A DNA stretch of 64,000 nt from Planctomycetota bacterium (GTDB lineage: Bacteria; Planctomycetota; UBA8108; SXIK01): assembly GCA_965223265.1 (NCBI GenBank), contig OZ244999.1:5600001-5664000 (forward strand), given 5' to 3'. The position numbers and the translations under genes are program-made. Of the stretch, positions 39,132-49,562 are shown one piece after another. Position 1 is the first letter of the stretch. Each line of letters opens with the position of its first letter. The notes under the pieces are model-generated. The model worked only from the letters and a program-made list of their open reading frames with translations, had not been told where the DNA came from and made no database searches.

Positions 39132-39508
39132 TCATATCCAGCTTTCGACGGTGAGCCCCGACACCTTCTGAAAGTCGTGAAGGTTCGCGCTGAGCAGGGT
39201 GAAACCATGACGCAGTGCTGTGGCGCCAATGCGGACATCCATCGATCCAATATGGAGATTCTGCGACGCCAGGGTCTCGGTACGAAGCAACACCGTATCG
39301 TCGAAGGGCAACACCGCCATCTCGGTGTACTGCTCAAGAATCTTCTGGAGCCTGTGATCTCCGTAGACGAGCTCCCGTCCTTTTTTCGCGCTTGCGCTTG
39401 ATTGAGATAGGCGTGCCAGCCGACCGTTTGCTCGTGAAAGCTTACGATACTGAGGAAGAAGAACTGCTCGCCCTGTTGCGCACACATTGGCCGCAACGAA
39501 GCGGACAT
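39132..39508 (-). pseudogene. PIN-domain VapC toxin remnant
   Basis: SIVSFHEQTVGW in one frame; VLPFD...IGSMDVRIGATAL...SANLHDFQKVSGLTVESW in another. The N-terminal DT motif is missing. Confidence 0.75.
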
Positions 39509-39654
39509 TTGGTCCGCTCCGTCGCGCTTTGTATTGCGCGGTTAGCGCCGAGAGAATCAACCTATCCGACGGTTTTGCGGGATCGCTCACAAGAAAGAAA
39601 ACGGGCCTGACTCCAATTGGAAATAGGCCCGTTCTGCGTTCTGTCGCCACACCT

Positions 39655-40635
39655 TCAGGGTTGGCAGACCTTGGGCGCCGTCAAACACCCGAGCTCGCTG
39701 TCGGCTACCAACCACCCGGACCCGCAGTCGGGATACGGCGCGACCGGAGGAGCGAAACCGGCGACGAACAGATAGTTGAGCAGCCAGACCGCGTCGGAAA
39801 GATCGACAGCCTCGTCGCCGTTGACGTTCGTCGCGGCCACGCAGCCGGGAGTCTCCGTGCCCGAAAAACGCCAATTCAGGATGCACACCGCGTCGGAGAT
39901 GTCGACCTCGCCGTCGTCGTTGCACTCGCCGCGGCGGAAGAGGCGAACCAAATCCCCGGTCACCTCGACCCGCGTCACAGTTCCGGGGAGTCGGTCGGTT
40001 TCGTCCTCATAGTTAAAGGATACGTTCCCAAAGCGGTATTCGGCATCCTCGAGGACAACCTGTGCGACTTCGGGGCGTTCTTCACAGCCAGGCCGCCAAA
40101 CGCGGAGCTCGACCTGCGTCTCGGTAGCTCCGAGCTCGACCTCTAGCTCGAACTCCGTCGGGTCGAAGGGCAAGTCGGCGGTAAGATCATCTGTCACCTG
40201 GCCCTCTTTCCATTTATTCAAAAAAAGCTGCCCATCGCTGTAGAGACCTCCGAGGTAGAAGCTGAAGCCCACGTCAGCTGCGAAGAGGGTGTTAAAGAAC
40301 TGTGGCGCCTTCGAAAATCGGTCGCTCTCGGAAAACTCGCTGCGGGGGCCACCGAAGGAGAACGCCGTTCGCACGCTAACATCCCCAGCGAAGTCATCCT
40401 GCGTCACGAAGGACGCCGAGTACGCCGTGGTGTCGAGAAGACTCAGACCTGCCGGCGCCTCGAAATCTGCGGGGCAGCAGTCCGGCATCAGCCAGCAGAC
40501 CGGCTCACAGTCCAGGGGATTGTTGTCGGCGAAGTCGTCGACGAACCCGTTGCCGCGAACCGTCACCGGAAGACAGAGAAGCAGAGTCGCAAAGCAAAGC
40601 CAGCAGCTCTCTCGCAGTGTAGTGTCTCTGAGCAT
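39655..40635 (-). CDS. Secreted protein with C-terminal dockerin-like domain
   Basis: Signal peptide; FRRGECNDDGEVDISDA and NVNGDEAVDLSDA modules. Confidence 0.75.
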   Translation of the reverse strand: MLRDTTLRESCWLCFATLLLCLPVTVRGNGFVDDFADNNPLDCEPVCWLMPDCCPADFEAPAGLSLLDTTAYSASFVTQDDFAGDVSVRTAFSFGGPRSEFSESDRFSKAPQFFNTLFAADVGFSFYLGGLYSDGQLFLNKWKEGQVTDDLTADLPFDPTEFELEVELGATETQVELRVWRPGCEERPEVAQVVLEDAEYRFGNVSFNYEDETDRLPGTVTRVEVTGDLVRLFRRGECNDDGEVDISDAVCILNWRFSGTETPGCVAATNVNGDEAVDLSDAVWLLNYLFVAGFAPPVAPYPDCGSGWLVADSELGCLTAPKVCQP

Positions 40636-40865
40636 GGATAGCTCCTTTCCGTCCAAGCGGTCTGCCGTACAATGAACACGGCCGCCCCAGGCGCGCAGAC
40701 CGTGCGTCCGGGATAGCGCCTGGCCGGTGAGTGCTTTACTTGGCGGTAGAGCTCACCGGCCGCCTTTTACGTACCAGTTCGTCTCTCGATGTCGTTCTGT
40801 CTTCGTTGAAGTGTCGTTTTCGGTGGACCGGTTGGCTCGTTCGCTCGACGGCTACGGATCGTCTG

Positions 40866-43800
40866 CTACTCTGCGCGCTCCGTGCTCTCCCGCGCGTCGG
40901 CGTAGCCAGGCGCGTCCCAAATCTTCAGCTGGCCCCAGCCCGCCGCGGCGAGACGCTCGCCGTCGGGATGCCATGCCAGAGAGAGGAACAGCCGCCCCCG
41001 CAGGGTGAGGAGCTCGTCGCCGCTGCGCTCCGCGTCCCAGATGCGCGTCGTTCGATCTCTGCTCGTTGTGGCGAGGCGGCGCCCGTCGGGACTCCAGGCG
41101 ATGCTCTCTACCCGGGACGTGTGGCCGCGCCGAAGAACGAGCTCTTCACCCGTCATCGTATCGAAGATGACGAAGCCACCTCTTTTCCCTCCACCGGCAG
41201 CAATCCGGTCGCCCGTGGGGCTCCAGGCGAGCGCGGAGCCACGCAGAGGGCCGCTCGCTTCGTGCAGGCGCGTGCGTCGGCGACTCGGGACGTGCCAGAT
41301 CTCGATGCCCCATGAGCCTCTGTACACCGGAATCGCCAGCGAATCGCCGTCGGGACTCCAGGCAACGGCGTTCACGGTCATCTCCGCGGGGACCGTCAAG
41401 ACCTTCTCGCCGCGCCGACTCCAGACGATCGCCTTCCTGTCGGCGCCGCCCGTGGCAAAAAGTTTACCGGCGGAGCTCCAGGAAAGTGCCATGGTTGGGT
41501 CAAAGTTCTGCCGACCATCGTGCGGCCGCAGGTTCACCGGCTCCTCGCCTGGCTGCTCCCAACTCCACAGGTTCACGACCCCCTCATCGGTCGCGGTGGC
41601 GAGCGTCTGATCGTCCGGGCTGAAGGCAAACAGTACGACCTCCGCCTCCTCCGTCACCACAAACCGCCGGATGACTTCACCGGTAGCGGGATCGAGCACT
41701 GTTACGTCGCCCCTTCGCTGCGGATCGCGTGTCGCCAGCCACCGACCGCCCGCCATCCACTCCACCTCGCTGTCACCCGGGAGCGGCGAGCCCTCACGCG
41801 TATCGGTCGCCCACAGCTTGACGGTGCCCTCGTTGCCCACCGAAGCCAGTAGTTCGCGCTGCGGATGCCAGGCGACCTCGCGCACAGAGTCGGTGTGACC
41901 GCGGAAGGTCAGGAGCTGATCGCCCGTCGCGCGCGCCCAAATCTTGACTGTCAAATCCTCTCCCCCGGTCGCCAGACGAGTGCCGTCGGGACTCCACGCG
42001 ACGTCCCCGCCGATGCCGAGCACGGCGTTCCAGCGTCGGAGCGTTTCCCAGGTTCCGACGTGGCAGATGCTCGCCCAGCCACTCCACCCGATCGCTGCGA
42101 GGTAGGCGCCATCCGTCGACCAGGCCGTTCGTACGGCGGAGTCCGCCTTGTGAACGACGGTCCAGTTCGCGGTCTCCCACACGGTTCCGGATGCTGTGGT
42201 GAAGTAATGCGCGTCAGGGCTCCACGCAACCGACCGATTTTTACCGGAGTCGCTCGGGAGACTCCGTTCGAGAGTCCCCGTCTCAACGTTCCAGATGTGC
42301 ACCTCCGTCCGCGTCCGGTGCCCCACGGCCAAGCGCTTTCCATCGGGACGCCATGCGACCGATCTCGGCCTCAGTTGACCGTCTGCGCCAGGCAACGAGA
42401 AGGTCTTGTAGTCCTCGCCAGTGAAAACGTCCCACACCAACGAGGCGTCGAACTTGAGGGCGACCGCCAGCCGCTCACCGTCCGGGCTCCAGGCGACGTG
42501 GGTGACCTCCGTGTCTAAAGGCAGTCGCTGTATCTCTAGCAGATCGTCGCCCTCTGCGCTCAGTTCCCACACGTTGACGATGCGGTCGTCGCCGCCGGCG
42601 GCGAGGTAGCGCCCGTCGGGGCTCCAGGCGACGGACACCAAGTTGCGCGTGGTGACGCTTGCGCTGAAGAGCTCTTCCCCCGAGAGATCGTTCAAGTGGT
42701 ACCACTCCCAGCCGCGGAGGTCGGGCTCGCCGGCTTGTGGAACGTGCCGCTCCAGGACATCGAGAAAGCCAGCCATGTTGCCCGCGCGCCAGTCCTCGAG
42801 GGCGAGACGCATGTTGGCGACGTAGAGGTCGTACCGCGACTCGTCTCTCGCGCGCGCGATGACGACGGCGGCGACAGCGAGGGCGGCCGAGACGACCGTC
42901 AGCATGGCGATGGCTGCAACAGCGAGTCTCCAGCGTCTACGAACTTGCCGCATCGCCTTTTCCCACCCCGGTTGCAGGCGCGCCTCGATCGCATCCCCAC
43001 GCACAAATCGCTTCAGATCCTGCCCGAGCGCCTCGGCCGTTCCGTAGCGATCGTCCAGATCTTTCCGCAGGCACTTGAGCACGATCGTCTCGAGGTCCTG
43101 CGGCACTCGGGGGTTTAACTGCCGCGGAGGTCGTGGGTCGCGTTCGATAATCTGTGACAGCGTGTCTGCGTGATCCCTGCCGCGGAAGGGCGGCTGACCG
43201 GTCAGCGCTTCGTACAGCGTCGCGCCGAGACTATAGATGTCTGTGCGGTGGTCGAGTTCGATGCGGCGCCGCTTCGCTTGCTCGGGGCTCATGTAGGCGG
43301 GGGTGCCGACAACGTCGCCCGAGAACGTGAGCGACTCTTCTCCTTCGAGCGCGCCAAGCCGAAGTCGAGGATGCGAAGTTGTCCTTGCGCGTTGAGTATG
43401 AGATTGGATGGTTTAACGTCCCGGTGGATCACACCCTTGGAGTGCGCGTGCTGGAGGCCTTCAGCGACCTCGCTGAAGCAGCGCGCGAGTCTGGAAAAAT
43501 AGTCGACTTGATCCTTGGGACCGAACGGCGTCTCGGACTCGGCGTTGCGCGTGCGCGCGAGAATCTGCGAGAGCGTCTCCCCGTCGACATACTCCATGGT
43601 GTAATACGGAACCTGCTCCTTGAGTCCCATGCCGTAAATGGACACGACGTTCGGGTGGTTGAGCTTGCCGGCCACCTGCGCCTCGCGAACGAATCGCGTG
43701 ACGGCGCGCGTGTCTGCCGCGATCGCTGCCGGCAACACCTTGAGCGCCACCTGACGGTCGATGGAGTTTTCCCACGCTTCGTACACCACACCCATGCCAC

Positions 43801-44071
43801 CGCGACCGATCTGACGGCGCAGGGTGTAGTCGCCAACGCTGCCGAGATTCGCGCTGTCGACAACTGCGGCGTCGATGAACTCCTCCAGGAGCGGCACCAA
43901 TTGATCCGCCAGTTCGGGGTGTTCGTCCCACACCTTGGCTCGATCGACTGGCTCGCCGGTGTTCAGACGATCGACGTACGCGGCAAAGAGCTCTTCGAGG
44001 CGTGTGTCACGATCCATGGTCATCGCTCCCGTCGTCTTCCGGGCCGCGTTGGTCGCTGGGCGGCGACTCAC
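40866..44071 (-). pseudogene. Ser/Thr protein kinase-WD40 protein split by a 1-nt frameshift near 43350
   Basis: IGRGGMG, HRDVKPSN and DFGLAR in ORF 43289-44071. Adding one base gives DFGLARLEGEESLTFSGDVVGTPAYMSPEQA, continuous with ORF 40866-43292 (TM helix + WD40 repeats). Confidence 0.85.
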
Positions 44072-44666
44072 CGATCCGACGTTCCTTGGGTAGCGTCAAG
44101 CTCTCCGTCTCGGGCATGACCTCCCGCAGCTTCTTCATCGCACGCAGCAGCAAATTTTTCACGGCGCTCTCGGTCTTTCCCAGCGACGCGGCGACCTCGC
44201 GGATGCTGCGACCTTCGATGCGAGCCAACCGGAGCACTTCGCGGTACTCGGGCGGCAACGTGTCGACCGCGTCCTTCAGTCGCTCGAAACGCTCGTGACG
44301 CTGCGTGGCACGACTGGGCGATGTGCCGTCGGTTGCTGGCCGGACGAGCTCCAGTAACTCACCGCGACGTAGCTCGCGTCGGCTCAGGTGGAGCACTCGG
44401 TGACGCCCAATTCCCTCAAGCCAGCGGCGAAACGACCCCGAGCCTTGCCAGCGAAACTCGGCGAGCGAGGTGAAAGCGGTCGCGAAAACGTCCTGCAGTA
44501 CATCTTCGGGGTCGACCGAGGTTGCGCTGCCGATCATGTGTCGAATCGTACCGAAGACCTCATCTTGCGAACGACGGCAGAGCGTGTCGAACGCCAGGCG
44601 ATCACCGTCGAGCGCCCGCGCAATCAGCTCCCGCGTATCGTTGCGTTCAATCGTCATGCCTCTCAT
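44007..44666 (-). CDS. ECF sigma factor associated with the Ser/Thr kinase
   Basis: DPEDVLQD, SFRRWL and LPPEYREVLRLARIEG motifs; directly upstream of the kinase. Confidence 0.9.
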   Translation of the reverse strand: MRGMTIERNDTRELIARALDGDRLAFDTLCRRSQDEVFGTIRHMIGSATSVDPEDVLQDVFATAFTSLAEFRWQGSGSFRRWLEGIGRHRVLHLSRRELRRGELLELVRPATDGTSPSRATQRHERFERLKDAVDTLPPEYREVLRLARIEGRSIREVAASLGKTESAVKNLLLRAMKKLREVMPETESLTLPKERRIGESPPSDQRGPEDDGSDDHGS

Positions 44667-44812
44667 CTCACCCGTTCCAGTGCGTGAGGGGCAAAAACGT
44701 CTCGGCGGAATCTCAGAATTTAAACGCGAACGAAACCCAGCGATGCTCCCGATGAGTGGGAAATCACCCGTCCCAGCGCACGCACGTACACTGTGCCGGG
44801 CAGTTCAAAGAG

Positions 44813-44877
44813 TTTTCCTTGGCGCAGACAAGGAAAAATGGAGGCGGCACCCGATGCGAGCGCCGAAGGCGCTGCCA
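44813..44877. repeat. Composite repeat: hairpin + 15-nt tRNA-Cys 3' end + GCGCC-GAA-GGCGC hairpin
   Basis: Near-identical copy at 45542-45602. The first hairpin also precedes the 48-bp tRNA fragment at 45653. Confidence 0.85.
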
Positions 44878-44963
44878 TAATAACCTTGTTTGCATCGAAG
44901 GCTTCAACGCGCCAGGATATAGGGAAGGTCGACGATGGTCTCAAGCGTTGCTATGATAGGGCT

Positions 44964-45212
44964 ATGACAAACAAAGGCCGACAATTGCTCGTTGAAGCGC
45001 TTTCGTTGCCTGAGGCCGATCGAGCAGCGCTCGCCAGAGAGCTCATCGTCAGTTTGGAAGGCCCGGCGAAACCAGGCGTGGAGGAGGCCTGGGCGAAGGA
45101 GATCGAGCGACGAGTGAAGGAACTCGACGCCGACCCGACTATCGGAAGTGATTGGCACGAAGCGATCAAGAACGTTGAAGAGAAGGTTTGGGGCGGAAAG
45201 AAACCAGACTGA
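44964..45212 (+). CDS. Addiction module antitoxin component
   Basis: ALSLPEADRAALARELIVSL...WAKEIERR pattern; TATGAT 6 nt before the ATG (leaderless-type). Confidence 0.85.
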   Translation: MTNKGRQLLVEALSLPEADRAALARELIVSLEGPAKPGVEEAWAKEIERRVKELDADPTIGSDWHEAIKNVEEKVWGGKKPD

Positions 45213-45531
45213 CCAGGCATCCTGATGCCGAAGAGGAGCTACTCGAAGCCGTCCGTTGGTACGAGGAGCGTGTACCTGGAGTGGGACGGGCGTTCCTCGA
45301 TGCGGTGAAGGACACTACTGCTCGTATCCGTCGTCATCCCGGGATTGGCGGACGCCTGCCGGGTCGACTCGGAGAGTTGGAGCTTCGTCGCAGTTTGGTT
45401 CCGGGTTTACAGTTGTCTACCGAGAGACCGACGGCGCGATCCAAATCGATGCTGTAGCCCATCAGAGGCGACCATCGTTTGATTGGCAGGAGCGTGTTTT
45501 CGGTACAGGCGAGGGTGACTCACCCGCCTAA
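45188..45531 (+). pseudogene. RelE/ParE toxin, frameshifted near 45408
   Basis: HPDAEEELLEAVRWYE...RRSLVPG, then VVYRE...AVAHQRR in another frame; the FPY motif is deleted. Confidence 0.8.
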
Positions 45532-45541
45532 CGTCTGTTTC

Positions 45542-45602
45542 TCCTTGTTACAGACAAGGAAAATGGAGGCGGCACCCGATTCTAGCGCCGAAGGCGCTGC
45601 CA
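45542..45602. repeat. Second copy of the hairpin + tRNA-Cys 3'-end composite repeat
   Basis: CAGACAAGGAAAATGGAGGCGGCACCCGAT...AGCGCCGAAGGCGCTGCCA matches 44813-44877. Confidence 0.85.
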
Positions 45603-45652
45603 CATTATGGAATCCGGGGGACGACTCGTCTCCTTGGCGCAGACAAGGAAAC

Positions 45653-45700
45653 TGGAGGCGGCACCCGGATTCGAACCGGGGAATCACGGTTTTGCAAACC
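45653..45700 (-). repeat. 48-bp duplication of the tRNA-Cys 3' part
   Basis: Identical to 45785-45832. Confidence 0.9.
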
Positions 45701-45784
45701 CGCCGCAGCGAATCTGCGTTGCCATGTGCGCAACGGTTTTCAAAACCTGCGGCCGCGCGAAGCGCTTGCTCCGAGCGAAGGAAT

Positions 45785-45861
45785 TGGAGGCGGCACCCGG
45801 ATTCGAACCGGGGAATCACGGTTTTGCAAACCGTTGCCTTAGGCCACTTGGCTATGCCGCC
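45785..45861 (-). tRNA. tRNA-Cys (GCA)
   Basis: Full cloverleaf GGCGGCA...TGCCGCC-T-CCA; anticodon arm ACGGT-TTGCAAA-ACCGT; T-loop TTCGAAT. Confidence 0.97.
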
Positions 45862-46145
45862 TCGTCGCGACCGCGCGATGGCAAAGAACGGCACCGAATC
45901 TTCTCGGCGCCATTTCGGTCGCAGCCGCAGAGTGAGGTGGCGATTCTACCAGGATGCGATGCCGCCATCAACGCGGCGAACTTTCTGGGCACGATCACCT
46001 CGGTGGCGTTTCGGGGACGCCAGCCTCCGTAGCTGCGCGCTCGTTCAGATCCACCATCCCGTTGACAGAACGGACCGGGGCGAGATCATGGACGTTCATG
46101 ATGCACAAGGCCCCACCTCCCTCGATCGACCGCGAAAGGAGCTCC

Positions 46146-48485
46146 ATGCTGCTGGCGTTCCCACTGAGAATCCCGCCGCATCTCATTCGACGTGTGCTGA
46201 CCCTTTCCGCTCTCGCCTTTTTCGTCTCGTGCTCGCAGCACGGCACCCTTGGCTCGGGTACGAAGTCGTCGTCCTCGGAGGCAGCCGCGGTGGCTCCGCC
46301 GGACGAATCTTCGGCGATGGAAACTGCGGCGCCCCTCATCACCAACTCCATCGGCATGAAACTCGCCCTCATCCCGGCCGGCGAATTCGACATGGGAAGC
46401 GATGACTCCCCCACCAGTGCGTCGAGCGAAGGTGGCGACGCCAACGAAGACGAACGCCCCCGCCATCGCGTCCGCATCACGAAACCATTCTACATGGGCA
46501 TCTACGAAGTGACGCAAGGCGAGGTCGAACGTGTGCTCGGCGTGCGCGAAAGTTTCTATCGCCCCGACGGCTTCGGCGCCTTCAAGCTCGAAGGGATCGA
46601 CGACACCTCCCGCTACCCCGCCGAGCAAGTCACCTGGTCACGCGCTGTCGAGTTTTGCAAACGCTTGTCGGAGCTGCCAGAGGAAAAGGAGGCGGGCCGT
46701 TTCTACCGCCTGCCGACGGAAGCTGAGTGGGAGTACGCCTGCCGCGCCGGTACGACCACGGAGTTTCACCTCGGTGACGGTCTGTCGTCGACGCAGGCAA
46801 ACTTCAACGGCCACTATCCTCACGGGGGCGCTCCCAAAGGGCCATTCCTTTCACGTACGGTTGAGGTCGGTTCGTTTGCACCGAACGCCTTCGGTCTATT
46901 CGACATGCATGGGAACGTGTGGGAGTGGTGTCTCGACTGGTTCGGCTCCGACTACTACCAACACTCGCCGAGCGTCGATCCGCGTGGCCCGGAGACCGGC
47001 CAGATGCGCGTCATCCGCGGCGGCGGTTGGTACAGCGACGCGCGCGACTGCCGTTCGGCGTTTCGCTACGCGGACACGCCGGAGGGAATCTTCTACGTCG
47101 ATGGATTCCGCGTCGTGATGACGGACGTGCACGGTCGCCTCGATCCTTTTCCCGCCACCGCCCCACCGGATGCCGTCACCTCCGGCGGCAAAGGCGAAGC
47201 GTCGCCCCCAAGCGCGAGCGGCGACGCCGCGGCCCTCGCCGCCGCGTTGACAACCGCTGCAAGTGGTGAGGAGTGGCCGCGCTGGCGCGGTCCCCGCGGT
47301 GATGGCACGTGGCACGGCCCACGGCTCGCCGAAACCTGGCAGGCGAGCGGCCTCACGCGCATATGGTCTCAGTCGCTTGGCCCCGGCTACGCCGGGATCG
47401 CCGTCGCCCACGGACGCGTCTTCACCATGGATTACGCGGCCAAACCGGACGAGCGTGAACGCGTCATCTGTTTGAGCGCCACGACTGGAAAACCTCTCTG
47501 GTCTCACACTTACCCCGTCGCGTACGGTGACTTGGCGTACGGCAGCGGTCCACGTGTCACGCCCGCGGTTGCCGGTCGTCGCGTCTTCACCCTCGGCGCC
47601 ATGGGCGACCTCGCCTGCTTGGACGCGACCACCGGCGAGCCGCGCTGGACACGTCACTTCGTCCGCGACTTCAACGCGGCTGTGCCGATCTGGGGGTTTT
47701 CCGCTTCGCCAATCGCCTACGAGAATCTTTTGATCGTCCACCCGGGCGCCGCCCCGGACGGTTCCCTCGTCGCCCTCGATCAAATCAGCGGCGAGGAAGT
47801 CTGGCGCAGCCTCGGCGATCCAGCAGGGTACTCGACGCCCATCGTCGCCGAGGTCGCCGGCGCCGATCAGCTCATCGCTTGGACACCGTCGCACGTCCGA
47901 GGGCTCGATCCTCAAACCGGCGACCTGCGATGGAGCGTTGCATTCTCTGTTCGCGACGGAACGTCGATCACGACACCGATCTTTCGCGACAACATCGTCC
48001 TTGTTAGCGGCTACTGGGAAGGCTCGCGCGCCGTCGAGCTGGTCGGTTCGCCCGCCAAGGCACGACTGCTGTGGAAGGATTCGCGTAATCTCCGCAGCCT
48101 CATGGCGCAGCCACTCTTTCGCGATGGTTACGCGTATCTATTGGACAAACGCAACGGCCTAACGTGTTTCGAGCTGCGAACGGGTGAGCGGCGGTGGACC
48201 GACGGAAACCGCCTGACGCCCAAAGGCCGCAATCCACAGGCAACGATGATTTGGACGGGCCATGGTGACCGCGCCGTAGCCCTCAACTCGGAGGGCGACC
48301 TAGTGCTGTTGGGTCTCAATCCGAAAGAGTACACGGAGCTCGCGAGGGCCAACATCATCGAGCCGACCTCTGCGGCACACACGATATGGGCGCATCCGGC
48401 GTACTCGCGCGGCCGCGTCTACGCCCGGAGTGACAGCGAGATTGTTTGCGTCGCACTGCCGGTGAGCCAGTCCGAGGAGCCATAG
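46146..48485 (+). CDS. Lipoprotein fusion: FGE-sulfatase (SUMF1) domain + PQQ-like beta-propeller
   Basis: FFVSC lipobox-like; RLPTEAEWEYACRAG and GLFDMHGNVWEW motifs; then EWPRWRGP and propeller repeats. Start is uncertain. Confidence 0.85.
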   Translation: MLLAFPLRIPPHLIRRVLTLSALAFFVSCSQHGTLGSGTKSSSSEAAAVAPPDESSAMETAAPLITNSIGMKLALIPAGEFDMGSDDSPTSASSEGGDANEDERPRHRVRITKPFYMGIYEVTQGEVERVLGVRESFYRPDGFGAFKLEGIDDTSRYPAEQVTWSRAVEFCKRLSELPEEKEAGRFYRLPTEAEWEYACRAGTTTEFHLGDGLSSTQANFNGHYPHGGAPKGPFLSRTVEVGSFAPNAFGLFDMHGNVWEWCLDWFGSDYYQHSPSVDPRGPETGQMRVIRGGGWYSDARDCRSAFRYADTPEGIFYVDGFRVVMTDVHGRLDPFPATAPPDAVTSGGKGEASPPSASGDAAALAAALTTAASGEEWPRWRGPRGDGTWHGPRLAETWQASGLTRIWSQSLGPGYAGIAVAHGRVFTMDYAAKPDERERVICLSATTGKPLWSHTYPVAYGDLAYGSGPRVTPAVAGRRVFTLGAMGDLACLDATTGEPRWTRHFVRDFNAAVPIWGFSASPIAYENLLIVHPGAAPDGSLVALDQISGEEVWRSLGDPAGYSTPIVAEVAGADQLIAWTPSHVRGLDPQTGDLRWSVAFSVRDGTSITTPIFRDNIVLVSGYWEGSRAVELVGSPAKARLLWKDSRNLRSLMAQPLFRDGYAYLLDKRNGLTCFELRTGERRWTDGNRLTPKGRNPQATMIWTGHGDRAVALNSEGDLVLLGLNPKEYTELARANIIEPTSAAHTIWAHPAYSRGRVYARSDSEIVCVALPVSQSEEP

Positions 48486-48601
48486 CTTTCGTCGGCTCGA
48501 AGCGCTTTTTCAACAGGCTGATAACCAAAGAGGAGCAGAGGCCTACGAGAGTCCGCCTGCACCTCGATCGAACCCTCACGCGAAGACTCTGAGGCGACAC
48601 G

Positions 48602-49525
48602 ATGCAAATCACACTCTACGGCTCGATCGCTTGGCGCCATCCGTTCGGCATGGGTCAAGTGATTGAATGGGCCGGTCGCTACGGCTGGGATGCAGTCGAC
48701 GCGCGCGGACTCAGCCTCGACGCACCCGGTGATCCATCGCTCCGCCACAGCGCGTTCGGCTACGACATGCTGGGGCCGCGCAACCTTCAGGCGTCCGCGC
48801 GACACGCCCTCCGCCACCGTCTGCTGGACGCCGGAGTCGAACTGCTCGGCATCTACTGCTCGAGCCCCGTCAATCTTCCAGGTGAGCGAGGCAGCGAATG
48901 CCGCCGACTGTTTTGCGACTACCTCAAGCTGGCGAGTGACCTCGGCGCGACGTGGGTTCGCGCAATCAACAACACCCGCTCAACCTACGAGGACGTCGAA
49001 ATGTCCACCACCGAAGCGTACGATCGCACGGTCGAAGGACTGAAGTACGTCGGTGCGCGAGCCGCCGATCTCGGCGTTGGCCTCCTCATCGAAAACAACG
49101 AAAACACGATCCCTTCGGATGCCACATCACTCGTCCGCCTCAAGAGCGATCTCGGCTCCGCGTGCCGCGTCGGGGTGACGTACGACCCGGTCAATGCGTA
49201 CTTCCAAGGAGCTAACGTGGAAGCCGGGTTCGACGCGCTCGACGGCGCCATCGACGTTCTCCACGTCAAGAATGTCCGGCGACACACCGAGAGGCGCTGG
49301 GACTACGTGCCGCGCGGCGACGTAAGCTACGAGTGGACGTGCCTCGACGGCGGCGACCTCGATTGGAAAGTTCTGATGCAGCGCGCCAGGGCGGCAAAGT
49401 TCGACGGCCCGGTCGTCTACGAGTACGTCAACCCGTTCAAAGGGATGCCGCTGTCATACTGGGACAGTTTGCCGGAGCCCGAAGAGGCAGCACGCGACGC
49501 CGCGGAGTTTCTACGGCAGGTTTGA
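48602..49525 (+). CDS. Sugar phosphate isomerase/epimerase (xylose isomerase-like TIM barrel)
   Basis: LLIEN, YDPVN, LHVKN and VYE metal-ligand pattern. Confidence 0.85.
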   Translation: MQITLYGSIAWRHPFGMGQVIEWAGRYGWDAVDARGLSLDAPGDPSLRHSAFGYDMLGPRNLQASARHALRHRLLDAGVELLGIYCSSPVNLPGERGSECRRLFCDYLKLASDLGATWVRAINNTRSTYEDVEMSTTEAYDRTVEGLKYVGARAADLGVGLLIENNENTIPSDATSLVRLKSDLGSACRVGVTYDPVNAYFQGANVEAGFDALDGAIDVLHVKNVRRHTERRWDYVPRGDVSYEWTCLDGGDLDWKVLMQRARAAKFDGPVVYEYVNPFKGMPLSYWDSLPEPEEAARDAAEFLRQV

Positions 49526-49562
49526 GCCGCAGGCCGTCACGGGCAGGGGCGGAGACAGACAG

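Larger units (their letters stand above)
37533..45837. mobile_element. Genomic island(s) integrated at tRNA-Cys; no integrase visible
   Basis: Bounded by a 53-bp direct repeat of the tRNA 3' end; contains TA modules and pseudogenes. Confidence 0.7.

Noticed and set aside
37533-45700. Additional functional tRNA-Cys genes
   Set aside because: All four extra copies lack the 5' acceptor strand and D arm.
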